Below are positions 30,969 to 45,945 of a DNA stretch of 64,000 bases, in pieces. The stretch's first letter is position 1; every line of letters starts with the position of its first letter. This DNA is from Anaeramoeba ignava BMAN (lineage: Eukaryota; Protista; Anaeramoebae): contig JAPDFW010000089.1 of the NCBI GenBank assembly GCA_028826165.1, forward strand, positions 62,001 through 126,000. The letters run 5' to 3'. Both the position numbers and the translations under genes were made by a program. A model generated the notes under the pieces. The model was given only the letters and a program-made list of their open reading frames with translations. It did not search any database and was not told where the DNA came from.

Positions 30969-33900
30969 ATGACAACTAAATACGTAATTGGTCAAGAAGT
31001 TGAAATCCAAAATCAAAAAGGAATTATTAAATTTATTGGAAATACAGAATTTGCACCTGGTTTATGGGTTGGAATTGAATTAGATTCTTCAAGTAAAGAA
31101 ATTTTTTAATTTTCTCAATTTTTAAAAAAACAACGATTTTTTTTTTTAAATTAAAAAATTTAGCTGGAAGAAATGATGGTACAATAAATGGAGTTAAATA
31201 TTTTGATTGCAAACCAAGTCATGGAATTTTTGTTAGAGAATCTTTTCTTTCTATTCAAAACCAAAATCTTAAATTTAATTTTGGTAAAAAAAAATTCAAT
31301 TCAATTCAATTTAAAAACAACTTTTTTTTTTGCTTTTTCCTTTTTAATTTTTTTCAATTCAAATTCAATTGAAAAATACAATTAAAACTGACAACAAAAA
31401 ATTAATTGAAAAATACAATTAAAACTGACAACTGAAATTTATAATTAAAGATGATGAAATGAAAAAAAAAGTTGAAGTGCATGGATTATTACTTGAAACA
31501 CTTCATAAAAATTCAGCACTAAATCAAAAAATTGAAGAATTAGAAGAGAAAATTAAGCAGAAAGGACAACCAGGAAAAGCATTTTTATCTGAACAAGAAA
31601 AAAGAGATGAAATTGCGAGATTACAAAAAGAAAAATTTCTACTTCAAAGAGAAATTGAAAGATTTACAATAGAGAAAAATATTTTAAAGAAAAATATTCA
31701 AGTAAATTTAAATATTAGATTTAATATTAATTTAAATATTAATTTTAAATATTTTAAATATTTTAAATAATTTTAAATATTAATTTAAATATTAATTTTA
31801 AATATTAATTTTAAATATTTTAAATATTTTAAATATTAATTTAAATATTAATTTTAAATATTAATTACAAAAAGCAATTACAAGATATTCTAAAAGCAGA
31901 AGAACCAAAAATTGTTGTTGAAAGTAATTTAGAATTATGGAGTGAAATTAGCAAAATAACAAAACAAATTGATGAAGAAAGAGTTCAATCACAAGTTCTT
32001 GAGAATAAAAACAATTCACTAATGCAAAACATTCAAAATGCAAGACAAACAGCAAAACAACAAAATGGTGAAAAATATTTTTACTTTATTAATATTCAAA
32101 ATTGTTAATTTTGAAATTTTAAATTTTAAAACAGATGAATTGAAAGAAACTCTTAAAAAAAAAGAAGCTTATATTCAAAAAGTTTCTGAATCAAAAAAAA
32201 ATTTACGTGATTTACTTAGTTCTAAAGGATATATGAGAAGAACAAGTTCATCAACAAGAAAAATTAAAAACAAAATTAAACAATTAGAAGCAGAAATTCG
32301 AGCAAAGAAAAAGATTGTATTAGGAATTGAATTAGGGAAATCAGAACATAAAAGAGAGATGGAAGCAGGTTTATATATTTTAATTCAAAATTTATTTCAA
32401 AATTTAATTCAAAATTTATTTCAATATTTAATTCAAAATTTAATTTAAAATTTATTTCAAAATTTAATTTAATATTTATTTCAAAATTTATTTCAATATT
32501 TAATTCAAAATTTATTTCAAAATTTAATTCAAAATTTAATTCAAAATTTATTTCAAAATTTAATTTAATATTTAATTCAAAATTTAATTAAAAATTTATT
32601 TCAATATTTAATTTAATATTTAATTCAAAATTTAATTCAAAATTTAATTCAAAATTTAATTCAAAATTTAATTCAAAATTTAATTCAAAATTTAATTTAA
32701 TATTTATTTCAAAATTTAATTTAATATTTATTTCAATATTTAATTTAAAATTTAATTCAAAATTTAATTCAAAATTTAATATTTAATTCAAAATTTAATT
32801 TATAATTTAATTTAATATTTATTTCAAAATTTAATTTAAAATTTAATTTAATATTTAATTCAATATTTAATTCAAAATTTAATTTAAAATTTATTTCAAA
32901 ATTTAATTTAATATTTAATTCAAAATTTAATTTAATATTTAATTCAAAATTTAATTTAATATTTAATTCAAAATTTAATTTAATATTTAATTCAAAATTT
33001 AATTCAATATTTATTTCAATATTTATTTCAAAATTTATTTCAATATTTAATTTAAAATTTAATTTAATATTTAATTCAAAATTTAATTTAAAATTTATTT
33101 CAAAATTTATTTCAAAATTTATTTCAATATTTAATTTAATATTTAATTTAAAATTTATTTCAATATTTAATTCAAAATTTAATTCAAAATTTAATTCAAA
33201 ATTTAATTCAAAATTTAATTTAATATTTAATTCAAAATTTAATTCAAAATTTAATTCAAAATTTAATTTAATATTTAATTCAAAATTTAATTTAAAATTT
33301 AATTTAATATTTAATTCAAAATTTAATTTAATATTTAATTGAATAAAGTTTTGGAAGTTCCTGATGAAATTGATAGATCAGATTGGGAAACAAAAGTTAT
33401 GAAAAGACATCCAGAAATCCTGGAATTACGTGAAAGAGTCAAACCTTTACATAGAGCTGTTTCTTTTTCTAGATATTATTGTGGAGCTAAAACAGAAGTT
33501 GTTGATGGATTAACAAAAGATGTTGTGACTCAATTAATAATGCAACATTATGATTTTTATGATAAAAAAGAAATTAGACATTTTATTGAAGAAAAAACAT
33601 CAATTCAATGTAAAAATATAAATATTAAAATCAAATATTCAAATTAAATATTCAAATTAAATATTCAAATTAAATATTCAAATCAAATATTCAAATCAAA
33701 TATTCAAATCAAATATTCAAATTAATATTAAAATTAAATATTCAAATTAAATATTCAAATCAAATATTCAAATCAAATAATTAAATCAAATATTAAAATT
33801 AATATTAAAATTAAATATTCAAATCAAATATTCAAATCAAATATTTAAATCAAATATTCAATCCAAATATTTAAATTAAATATTCAATTCAAATATTCTT

Positions 33901-35780
33901 TTGAAGAAAGATAGATCTTTTTCAAGATAGAGCAGACAAAAGACTATTTTGTCAGTTTAGTTCAAAAATTATTATTGAGATTAGGTATTACAGATGCTGA
34001 AAATCTTTGGGATTTAGTTATGGGAAGTCCAAATACTGAAGAAATGACAATTGAAGAAAGATATGATCTTTTTCAAGATAGAGCAGATAAAATGGGACTT
34101 GATTTTGTCAGTTCGTAGTTCAAAAATAAATAATATTTTTATTATCAAAAAGAAAAAATAATTTGAAAAAAATAAAATAATATATTTTTTTAGTGGAAAA
34201 TGATACACCAATTTGGGAAGAAGGACCTGATAATCCAAAAAATATAACTTTTTCACATAATAAAGAAGAAGAAGATGATTCAAAAAAAGTTGATTTTTTA
34301 TCAACAATTTCAGCAGCAAACATTAATAAATTAGTAGAAAAATTAACATATGAAAAAGGAGGAGGTATTTAAATATTTAATTTAATATTATTAATTTAAA
34401 TATTATTAATTTAAATATTATTAATTTAAATATTAATTTAAATATTATTATTTTAAATATTATTAATTTAAATATTATTAATTTAAATATTATTAATTTA
34501 AATATTATTAATTTAAATATTATTAATTTAAATATTATTAATTTAAATATTAATTTAAATATTAATTATTTAAATATTATTTAAATATTATTTAAATATT
34601 AATTTAAATATTAATAAAAAAAAAGATCCAAAATTTGTGCAAGCAATGCTAATGACATACCAATCATTTATGAAACCGGAACATTTATTATTTAAACTAA
34701 TTCAAAGATATCAAGTACCACCATACGACTCAGAACGATCTGAAAGCGAGAAAGATTGGCTGAGAACCAAAGATGTAATCCAATTACGAGTAGCATCAAT
34801 AATAAATTTATGGATTCAAAAGCATCCCGGAGATTTTGATGCTAAATTGATATCCAAATTAGAAAGATTTCTGAGCCAATATTTAAAATTTGACAAGCCA
34901 GGAATGGAAGAGAAAATCCGGGCTCAAATCAACAAGATCAAAGAAGGGGAAGATCTATTTATTGAGAAGGGGATGACATTTGCAGAGCAACCACCCGAAC
35001 CTAAAGTACCAGCGAATATATTTTCAAAAACGTTAAAATTATCCGATTTAGATGAAGAAGAATTTGCACGACAAGTAACGCTATTTGTATTTTCAACGTT
35101 CCGAAAAATACAGCCTTCAGAATTAGTTCTTCAAGCGTGGTCGAAACCCAAGCTCAAGCATAAAGCTCCCTAATGTTCTTTATATGGCAAGCAAGTTCAA
35201 TCAACTTGTCGGTTACATTTGTACGCAAATAGTGACCCCCAAAAGAGTTAGAACAAGAGCCAAGCGAATGATTCGTTTTATCAAAATTGCCGAGCATTTT
35301 TATCATCTTAATAACTTCGATTGCGTCATGGCAATCATCGCTTCTCTTAGTAACTCTTCCGTTAGTCGTCTTAAATTCACTAAGAATGAAGTCCCCAAAA
35401 GTTACTGGAGAATCTATGAAGAACTTGATAAAGCAACAAGCAGTGAAAATAGTTATAAAGAATACAGAAACTTGTTGAAAACTGTTCAACCTCCTTGTAT
35501 TCCTTATTTGGGTGTCTTTCTTACAGATCTTACTTTTATTTCTGAAGGTTCTTCTGATAAAATTAATCATGATCTCGTTAATTTTGGTAAAAGGAAACTT
35601 CTTTTTGAAACTATTTCTGAAATTCAAAGATTCCAAAATGCTCCTTATAATCTCCAAAAAGTCGACCAGATTGAAAAGCTTTTGAAACTCTCTTTGGAGA
35701 CTAAATCAGAAAATGAATTGTATGACATCTCAAAGGATAGAGAACCAAGAGGTGCTGAAAAATCTCAAATTGTTTTTTAA
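30969..35780 (+). CDS. CAP-Gly + coiled-coil + LisH-like + RasGEF (REM and CDC25) protein, multi-exon
   Basis: N-terminal GIIKFIGNTEFAPGLWVGIELDS|.GRNDGTINGVKYFDC...HGIFVR; LisH-like VVTQLIMQHY; REM LMTYQSFMKPEHLLFKLIQRY; CDC25 HLNNFDCVMAI, PPCIPYLGVFLTDLTFISEG and LVNFGKR. One +1 frameshift at ~35170. Confidence 0.88.
32380..33340. repeat. Intronic satellite, 12-bp unit TTCAAAATTTAA and variants
   Basis: Tandem array read directly. Confidence 0.88.
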
Positions 35781-36111
35781 TTATTATAATCCATTTAATT
35801 AAGAAAAGAAAAATTTTAATAATTTCAAAACATTCAAAATCAAATCCAAAAACAAAAATTTAATCAAAAATTTAATCAAAAATAAAAAATAAAAAACAAA
35901 AAATAAAAAATAAAAAATAAAAACCTATTAAACATTTCATTTGATAAAAGAGGAGAAAAACCAAATTCAAATGAATCCAAAAATAAAAAGAAAAAGAAAA
36001 AGAAAAAGAAAAAGAAAAAGAAAAAGAAAAAGAAATAGAAAAAGAAAAAGAAAAAGAAAAAGAAAAAGAAATAGAAATAAGAAACAAGAAATTGAAAAAA
36101 ATGTTGGTAAG

Positions 36112-37891
36112 TTAAAAATCCTTTTTTTGAGTTTTAGAAAATAAAGAAACTAATTGAGCTTCAGATAAGACCAAAGGATTTGAATTTAAATCTGAATTTG
36201 AATTTAAATCTGGATTTGAATCTGAATTTGAATCTGAATTTGAATTTAAATCTGAATTTGAATCTGAATTCGAATTTGAATTTGAATTTGAATTTGAATC
36301 TGAATTTGAATTTGAATTTAAATCTAAATCAGATTTATTGCAAAAATAATAAGGACAGCAATTTAAATGTGTTTCAGATTCTGTAATAATAATATTTGCA
36401 AGAGAAGACTCACTAACAAGAAATCCAGAAAGGCTTTCAATTAAAAAGGACCACAATTCAACAAATGCAGAACCACCTTTCAAATGAATTTGTTTATTAT
36501 TAAATAATTTAAAAAGTGAATTTTGATGATTTTTTGGAATGTTAAGAATATATTTTTCTGGATTTTGAATTTGTTTTTGAAGAATTGAATCAATAATCCA
36601 TTTTGGGGAAAGAATAGGAATACCCATTGTAAGAAGAACTAACATTTCCCGCAGTGGATCATGATAAAATGATAAAGTGTCAACAAGTGAAACAAAAAAA
36701 ATTGGTTTTTTGTTAGTATTTTGCAACTGGGAAATGGGTTCAACTTCTGCTCCCCACGCTTCTACAAGTTGCTTTAAAGACAAACGTAATCTTTGGAATA
36801 ATGAACAATCTAATGATTGAACAAACACAATTTTTTTGTTACTAAAAAATCCATCATTATTATTGTTTTCTGTTTTTGAATTTTGACTATTTTTTTGAAT
36901 TGAAATATTGTTAAATTTATCTGTAAATTGTGGAGAAATTATATTTTGATTTTGATTTTCATTTTCATTTTGATTTTGATTTTGATTTTGATTTTGATTT
37001 TGATTTTGATTTTGATTTAAATTTTCATTTAAATTTTCATTTATATTTTCATTTAAATTTTGATTTAGATTTAAATTTTCATTTAAATTTTCATTTTCAT
37101 TTAAATTTTGATTTTGATTTTGATTTTGATTTTGATTTTGATTTTTGATATTCATTTAAATTTTCATTTAAATTTTGATTTATATTTATATTTTCATTTT
37201 GATTTAAATTTTCATTTAGATTTATATTTTCATTTATATTTATATTTTCATTTAATCTTTGCTTCAATCTTTCTTCTTCTTCCCTCAATTTCTTATTGCT
37301 CATTTGACGTGTTTTTCTTCTTGTTCTTCTTTTTTTCATTGTTTTGCTTTGTGACTTTGTTTTATTCTTTTTCTTTTTCTTTTTCTTTTGTTCTTTATGA
37401 TTAAAACTTTCCTGGAAATGAATAAATTTGTGATCCAAATCAGAAAAAGATCTTTGGGGATCATTTTTAAGAACATTGGGGGCATTTTGATTAATTTTTT
37501 GGGGGATATCACCAAAATTTTTAAAAGATTTTGCAGTGTAATTATTCAATTGAAAAATTTGTTTATAATCTTGATTATAAGGGTCATTTTCGGGATAAAA
37601 AGGAGTTAAAACAGGAAGAGGGGGTTGAAAGTGGTCAGGCGTTTGGGGGATATTAGGCTCTCTTCGAGGAACGGCACGATGAAATTTTGTGAACGGAAAA
37701 TACAATGAATAAGCGACAATTGTATTTTTGTTGCTCATGATTTCTTTTGTTCCTTCTAGCTTTTTTCCGTTTTCTTCAAGTGGATTGGCTTCTTTTTCTT
37801 CTCCTTTTTCTTCTCTTATTGGCCGACTGTTAAGTAGCTCTTCTAATTCGAAATTGTCGAAGAATTTCATAAATTCTCTTCTTAATAACAT
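36112..37891 (-). CDS. BRCT-domain protein (probably tandem BRCT), frameshift in an N/E/Q microsatellite
   Basis: LKQLVEAWGAEV...LLTMGIPILSPKWIIDSI...PEKYIL fits a BRCT repeat. ORFs 37097..37903 and 36112..37155 overlap within the repeat tract. Confidence 0.7.
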
Positions 37892-38595
37892 TTGAACTCG
37901 CAAAAATTATTATTGTTTTTTTTTGGTTGAATAACTTAGTTGTTTTTTGAAAAGCAAAAATTTTTGTTAATGTTGCTTGTTTTTGTTTTTTTGTTTGTTA
38001 ATGTTGCTTGTTTTTGTTTGTTTGTTAATGTTGTTTTTGTTTTTGGGGGAGAAAAGGGTTTAAAAAAATAATAAAAAAAAAATTAAGAAAGAAAAAAAAT
38101 GAAACTTGCAAAAGTCAAGAAATCTTTTGTGTAATAAAAATATTAATAAAAATAAAAATTTTTTTCTTTTTTATTTTTTTTTTTCTCTCCATCTATTTAA
38201 TAAGGATTATAATTAAATATTAAATTGTTTTTTAATTTAAATCTTTCTTTATTTTTTATTTAAACAATTTTCATTAATTCAATTTTTGATTTAGTGTTGT
38301 TTTTTTTTATTATTTTTTTAATTTGCCCCCTTTTTTATTTTTATTTTTTTTATTTTTATTTTTAAATAAATAAATAATTAAATTAATAACTGATCTTTCT
38401 TTAAATTTAATTTTTTAAAAAAGATCCTATTGTAATTTATTAATAAAACAAGAAATTAACTTATAAAAAAATTTTTTTTTCGCCTTTTTATTTTTTTTTT
38501 CTCCTTTTTTTTTTTTTTAATTTTTTTTCATAATTTCATTTTTTTTTCATTTTTTCTTTTTCTTTTTTCTTTCTTTCTTTTTTCTTTTTTTTCTA

Positions 38596-41500
38596 ATGTC
38601 TAAAAGTGTAAAACAAAAACAAAAACAAATTTTCTCCTCTTTTCTTTTATAAAAAAATTTTTTTCTAAAACAAATTCTTTTAAATTTTAATTTTAATTTA
38701 AATTTTTCAGGCTTGGAACCCTATTGGATTACCCACAAAAGAAGGATTTTTAACAAAACAAGTAAAATTCCATTCAAATTCTTAACTTAATTTTTAACTT
38801 AATTCTAATTCTAATTCTAATTCTAATTCTAATTCTAATTCTAATTCTAATTCTAATTATAATTCTAATTCTAATTTAATTTTAATTCTAATTCTAATTC
38901 TAATTCTAATTCTAATTCTAATTCTAATTTTAATTCTAATTCTAATTTTAATTCTAATTTTAATTCTAATTCTAATTCTAATTCTAATTCTAATTCTAAT
39001 TCTAATTCTAATTTTAATTCTAATTTAATTTCTAATTTTAATAATTCTAATTTTTAATTCTAATTCTAATTCTAATTCTAATTTAATTCTAATTCTAATT
39101 TTAATTCTAATTCTAATTAATTCTAATTTTAATTTTAATTTTAATTTTAATTTTAATTTAATTTTAATTTTAATTTTAATTTTAATTTTAATTTTAATTT
39201 TAATTTTAATTTTAATTTTTAATTCTAATTTTTAATTAATTCTAATTTTAATTTTTAATTTTTAATTTTAATTTAATTATAATTCTAATTTTAATTCTAA
39301 TTTTAATTTTAATTCTAATTCTAATTCTAATTCTAATTTTAATTCTAATTTTAATTCTAATTTTAATTCTAATTCTAATTCTAATTCTAATTCTAATTCT
39401 AATTTTAATTCTAATTCTAATTTTAATTTTAATTTTAATTCTAATTCTAATTTAATTTTAATTTTAATTTTAATTTTAATTTTTAATTTTAATTTTAATT
39501 TTAATTTTAATTTTAATTTTAATTCTAATTCTAATTCTAATTCTAATTCTAATTCTAATTCTAATTCTAATTCTAATTCTAATTCTAATTCTAATTCTAA
39601 TTCTAATTCTAATTCTAATTCTAATTCTAATTTTAATTTTAATTTTAATTTTAATTTTAATTTTAATTTTAATTTTAATTTTAATTTTAATTTTAATTTT
39701 AATTTTAATTCTAATTCTAATTCTAATTTAATTTTAATTTTAATTTTAATTTTAATTCTAATTTTAATTTTAATTTTAATTAATTTTAATTCTAATTCTA
39801 ATTCTAATTTTAATTTTAATTTATAGGGTGGAAGAGTAAAAAATTGGAAAAAACGATATTTTGTTTTAAAGGATGGTTATCTTTTTTATTTTAAGTCGAA
39901 AAATGTAAACATCAAGGCATTAAATTGATTTAAATTTAATTTTCTTAAGCAAACAAGATTTCCAAAAAAATTTTTTGATTCTTTTAATTTCTTTAAATTA
40001 AACAACAGGATTTTAAACCTTGTGGTGAAATTTCACTTGAAGGGATCAACAGTAAAAGAAGATCCAAATTCAAAAAAACAATTTGGATTTGTTATAACTC
40101 CAGGACCAGATGCAGATGTTTCAAACGGTCATTATGTGTATTTAATTTTTTAATACTAATTTTGATTTTAATTTTTAATTTTAATTTTGATTTTATAAAT
40201 GAATTTTAATTTTAATTTTGATTTTAATTTTAATTTTGATTTTGATTTTGATTTTTAATTTAAATTTTAATTTTAATTTTAAATTTTAATTTTAATTTTA
40301 TAAATGAATTTTAATTTCGATTTTATAAATGAATTTTAATTTTAATTTCAATATTAAATTCTAATTTTGATTTTATAAATGAATTTTAATTTTAATTCTA
40401 ATTTTAATTTTAATTTTAATTTTAATTTTAATTTTAATTTTAATTTTAATTTTATAAATGAATTTAATTTTATAAATGAATTTTAATTTTAATTTTAATT
40501 TTAATTTTTATAAATGAATTTTAAATTTTAATTTTGAATTGTAGTTATAATATTGCTGCTCTTTCAGAATTACAAAAACATGGATGGATTACTGCAATAG
40601 AAAAAGAAATTAGTCGACATAAATCAGAAGATGCAATTTTTGGAGTTGATTTAAAAACAGTAGTTTCGAAAAAGAAAAGATGGAAAATTAATTCCACTTG
40701 TTGTTGAAAAAGTTATTGAATTTGTTCGTGATCCAAAAACAAAAGGTGAAAAATAAAATTGATTAAAATTTTTTGAAATTTTTTTTTATAAAAAAATTTT
40801 TTTTAATAGCTCTTCAAACTGAAGGAATTTTTAGATTATCAGGTGCTTCTTCAGAAGTAAAACAACTTGTAGAACGATTTGATAAAGGTGAAGATGTTGA
40901 TTTATATCCTGAAAAAGATCTTCATGCTGTTGCTGGTTTACTTAAACTTTTCTTAAGAGAACTTCCAATTCCTTTACTTACTTTTGATTTATATCCTCAA
41001 TTTCAACAGGCTTTAGGTATATTTATTAATATTAATATTAAAATTAAAATTCAAATTAAAATCAAAATCAAAATCAAAATTAAAATTCAAATTAAAATTA
41101 AAATTAAAATTAAAATTAATATTAAAATTCAAAATTATAATTCAAATTAAAATTCAAATTAAAATCAAAATCAAAATTAAAATTAAAATCAAAATTAAAA
41201 TTAATATTGAAATTAAAATTAAAATTAATATTAAAATTCATTTATAAAATTAAAATTAAAATCAATATTAATATTAAAATTAAAATTCATTTATAAAATT
41301 AAAATTAAAATTCATTTATAAAATTAAAATTAAAATTTAAATTAAAATTAAAATTCATTTATAAAATTAATATTAAAATCAATATTAAAATCAAATTTAA
41401 ATTAAAATTCATTTATAAAATTAATATTAAAATTAAAATTAAAATTCATTTATAAAATTAAAATTAAAATTAAAATTAAAATTAATATTAAAATTAAAAT

Positions 41501-44500
41501 TAAAATTAAAATTAAAATTAAAATTAAAATTAAAATTAAAATTAAAATTAAAATTAAAATTAAAATTAATATTAAAATTAAATTTAAAATATTAAAATTT
41601 TGAAAAATTTAGCTCAACCTGATCAAAAAAAGGTCAATGAAAGTTTACATAATTGTATTAATTTACTTGAACCAGAAAACAGAGAAACACTCAAAGCTTT
41701 AATAGAATTTTTAACAGAAATTCCAAAATATTCACAAGAAAACAAAATGGGTATTCGAAATGTTGCAGTTGTATGTGGATTTTTCAATTAAATTTGAATT
41801 TAAATTAAATTTGAATTAAATTATTTTGAAATTCAAAAAGGTTTTTGGTCCTAATTTAATTCGAAGAGAAAATCCAACAACAATGCAAGTTGTTGAAGAC
41901 GCAACTTTTCAAGAAAGTTTATGCAAAACATTTATTGAAAATTATGAAGATATTTTTGTAAAAATCTTTAGAGCAATTTAATTTAATTTAATTTAATTTA
42001 ATTTAATTTAATTTAATTTAATTTGATTTAATTTAATTTAATTTAATTTAATTTAATTTAATTTAATTTAATTTGATTTAATTTGATTTAATTTAATTTA
42101 ATTTAATTTAATTTAATTTAATTTAATTTAAATCAAAAATAACTAAATTATTTCTCTTAATATTTTTAGGCGCAAACTGACAAAGAGAAAGAAGAATCAC
42201 AAAAAATTTCAGAAGAAAAAAAAAATATACAAGGAAATTCAGATTTAATTAGTCAACTTAAACAAAAACAGCAACAAAAGCAATCACAACAAAAATCAAA
42301 AGCAATTGTTGAATTTGTTCAAGCAGCTCATGATTATAAATCACAAGATCCAAATCAACTTTCTCTCGCAAAAGGAGAAGTAAATGAAAATTTGAGGAAG
42401 ATATTAAAATATTGAAATAAATATTAAAATATTTAAATAAATATTTAAATATTGAAATTAAATATTAAAATATTGAAATTAAATATTAAAATATTAAAAT
42501 AAATATTAAAATAAATATTAAAATATTAAAATATTTAAATAAATATTAAAATATTAAGATATTAAAATATTAAAATTAAAATATTTAAATATTAAAATAA
42601 ATATTAAAATATTAAAATATTAAATTAAATATTAAAATATTAAATTAAATATTAAATATTAAATTAAATATTAAAAAATATTAAAATATTGAAATAAATA
42701 TTAAAATAAATATTAAAATAAATATTAAAATAAATATTAAAATTAAATATTAAAATAAATATTAAAATAAATATTGAAATTAAATATTAAAAATAAATAT
42801 TAAAATAAATATTTAAATATTAAAATATTTAAATAAATATTAAATTAAATATTAAAATATTAAAATATTAAAATATTAAAATATTAAAATATTGAAATTA
42901 AATATTAAAATATTAAAATAAATAATAAAACAAATATTGAAATTAAATATTAAAATTAAATATTAAAATATTAAAATATTAAAATATTAAATTAAATATT
43001 TAAATAAATATTAAAATATTAAATTATTAAAATATTAAAATATTTAAATATTAAAATTAAAATATTTAAATATTAAAATAAATATTCTAATTATGATTTT
43101 ATAAAAAAGATAATCACTGTAATTCTCAAGTATGAATCCGGATGGTGGAAAGGAATGAACTCAAAAAATCAACAAGGATTTTTCCCATCAAACTACACAC
43201 AACCATATGAACCAAAAGGAGAAAACTACATTGATACACAAAATCCAAGTGAAAAGCAAACAATCACAGCAGATCAGGTTTTAACCATGCCACAAAAATC
43301 AATAACGCCTACACAAAGAAGACCAAATTCACCAACAAGACGGCAAGTATCACCTCAATTTGGCGATATTAAGCCAAAAATTTTACCAAATCAACTCAAT
43401 CGTGGTCGATCTGGTACTCCAAGATCTCAAAAGGAAAGACAACCTATTAAAGATACAAATGAACAAATTGTTACTTCTCCAAAGATGAGAAGGCAATCTC
43501 CTCTTCTTAGGGATGATCCTGTTCAATCTCAATTAGATGATAAAGATCTTTTATCAGATACTTCTGTTGCTCAAACAGAACAATCTTTGAATAATTTTCT
43601 TACTCAATTTAAATCTACAAAATTTGATGAATCTTCTCGGTTTGTCATTTCAATTATAACTTATTTTATATTTAAATATTATTTTATAATTAATTATTAT
43701 TTTATATTTTATAATTAAATATTATTTTATATTTAAATATTATTTTATAATTAAATATTATTTTATAATTAAATATTATTTTATAATTAAATATTATTTT
43801 ATAATTAAATATTATTTTATAATTAATTATTATTTTATAATTAAATATTATTTTATATTTAAATATTATTTTATAATTAAATATTATTTTAAAATTAAAT
43901 ATTATTTTAAAATTAAATATTATTTTATAATTAAATATTATTTTATAATTAAATATTATTTTATAATTAAATATTATTTTATAATTAAATATTATTTTAT
44001 AATTAAATATTATTTTATAATTAAATATTATTTTAATTAAATATTATTTTATAATTAACTTTTATTTTATAATTAAATATTATTTTATAATTAATTATTA
44101 TTTTATAATTAATTATTATTTTATAATTAAATATTATTTTATAATTAAATATTATTTTATAATTAATTATTATTTTTATAATTAATTATTATTTTAAAAT
44201 TAAATATTATTTTATAATTAAATATTATTTTATAATTAAATATTATTTTTATAATTAAATATTATTTTATAATTAAATATTATTTTGGTAATTAAATATT
44301 ATTTTAAGAATTAAATATTATTTTAAAATTAAATATTATTTTATAATTAAATATTATTTTATAATTAAATATTATTTTATAATTAAATATTATTTTGTAA
44401 TTAAATATTATTTTAAAATTAAATATTATTTTTAAAATTAAATATTATTTTATAATTAAATATTATTTTATAATTAAATATTATTTTATAATTAAATATT

Positions 44501-45103
44501 ATTTTATAATTAAATATTATTTTATAATTAAATATTATTTTATAATTAAATATTATTTTATAATTAAATATTATTTTATAATTAAATATTATTTTAAAAT
44601 TAAATATTATTTTATATTTAAATATTATTTTATAATTAAATATTATTTCATAATTAATTATTATTTTTATAATTAAATATTATTTTATAATTAAATATTA
44701 TTTTATATTTAAATATTATTTTATAATTAAATATTATTTTATAATTAAATATTATTTTATAATTAATTATTATTTTATATTTAAATATTATTTTATAATT
44801 AAATATTATTTTATAATTAAATATTATTTTATAATTAATTATTATTTTATAATTAAATATTATTTTATAATTAAATATTATTTTATAATTAATTATTATT
44901 TTAAAATTAAATATTATTTTATAATTAAATATTATTTTGGATTTTTGGATTTTCTAAATTAAAAATATTTTTTTTTTCTTCTTAATAGTGCTCCACTTGA
45001 AAATATGCTTGAAACTCTTGTTAATGAAGTAATTTTCCTCAAAAAAGAATTAATGAAAGAAAGGAATGAAAGAAAAAAACTTGAAAATTCAATAAACAAT
45101 TAA
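38596..45103 (+). CDS. PH + RhoGAP + SH3 + C-terminal coiled-coil protein, multi-exon
   Basis: PH KEGFLTKQ|GGRVKNWKKRYFVL; RhoGAP IFGVDL, EGIFRLSG, LLKLFLRELPIPL and NKMGIRNVAV|VFGPNL; SH3 AAHDY...LSLAKGE|II...GWWKG...GFFPSNY. Confidence 0.92.
38800..39820. repeat. Intronic (AATTCT/AATTTT)n microsatellite
   Basis: Hexamer array read directly. Confidence 0.9.
43665..44938. repeat. Intronic satellite, 18-bp unit ATAATTAAATATTATTTT
   Basis: Tandem array read directly. Confidence 0.9.
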
Positions 45104-45945
45104 CGAAAAAAAAATTTGTGTTTTGATGAAGGAAAAAAAAATTTTTTTTCTCTTTTTTTTTTCTTCTTCTTTCTATCGATTCTACTTCAATTTCTTTTTG
45201 CTTTTTTCTTTTTTCTTTTTGATTTTTTTTTGATTTTTTAATTTTACTTAAAGCACAATTATATCAACAAATTAATTTGTGAGACGGATTTAATAAACAA
45301 AAAGAAAATTTTTTTTTATTTTGATTTTTATTTTTATTTTATTTTTGTAATTGAATGATCTAAAATAAAAAGTTTTTTTTTTTTAATTTGATCTTATTAA
45401 AAAAATTTTAATTAAAAAAAAAAAAGAATTTTCAAATAAGAATTTTATTTTTAAAAAATTATAAAAAGAAAAAAAAAATATAATATTACGTAATAAAAAG
45501 AAAATGAAATGGAAATTAAGAAATTGAAAAGAAAATCCAAGTAAGAAAGGGATTATTTATAAAAATAAATTATTTTTTTTTTATTTGAATTTTAATGAAA
45601 TGATTTAAAAAAAAAAATTTTTTTATTTATTTAAATAAAAAATAATAATAATTTGTCAAAAAAATAATTAATAAAAAATAAATTAATTTAAAATTCAGAT
45701 TGATCCAAAAAGAAACAAAAAGAAACAAAAAGAAAGAAAGAAAGAAAGAAAATAAAAGGAAAATAAAAGGAAAAATGAATTAAAAAAATTAAAAAACAAA
45801 AATATAAAAATTTAAAAGGATCAAGAAATCATTTTTTCTTTTCAATTCAATTCAATTCAATTCAATTCAATCAATTCAATTTAATTTAAATCAATTTAAT
45901 TTAATTTAAATCAATTCAAAATTAAAATAAATTCAAAATTAAAAA

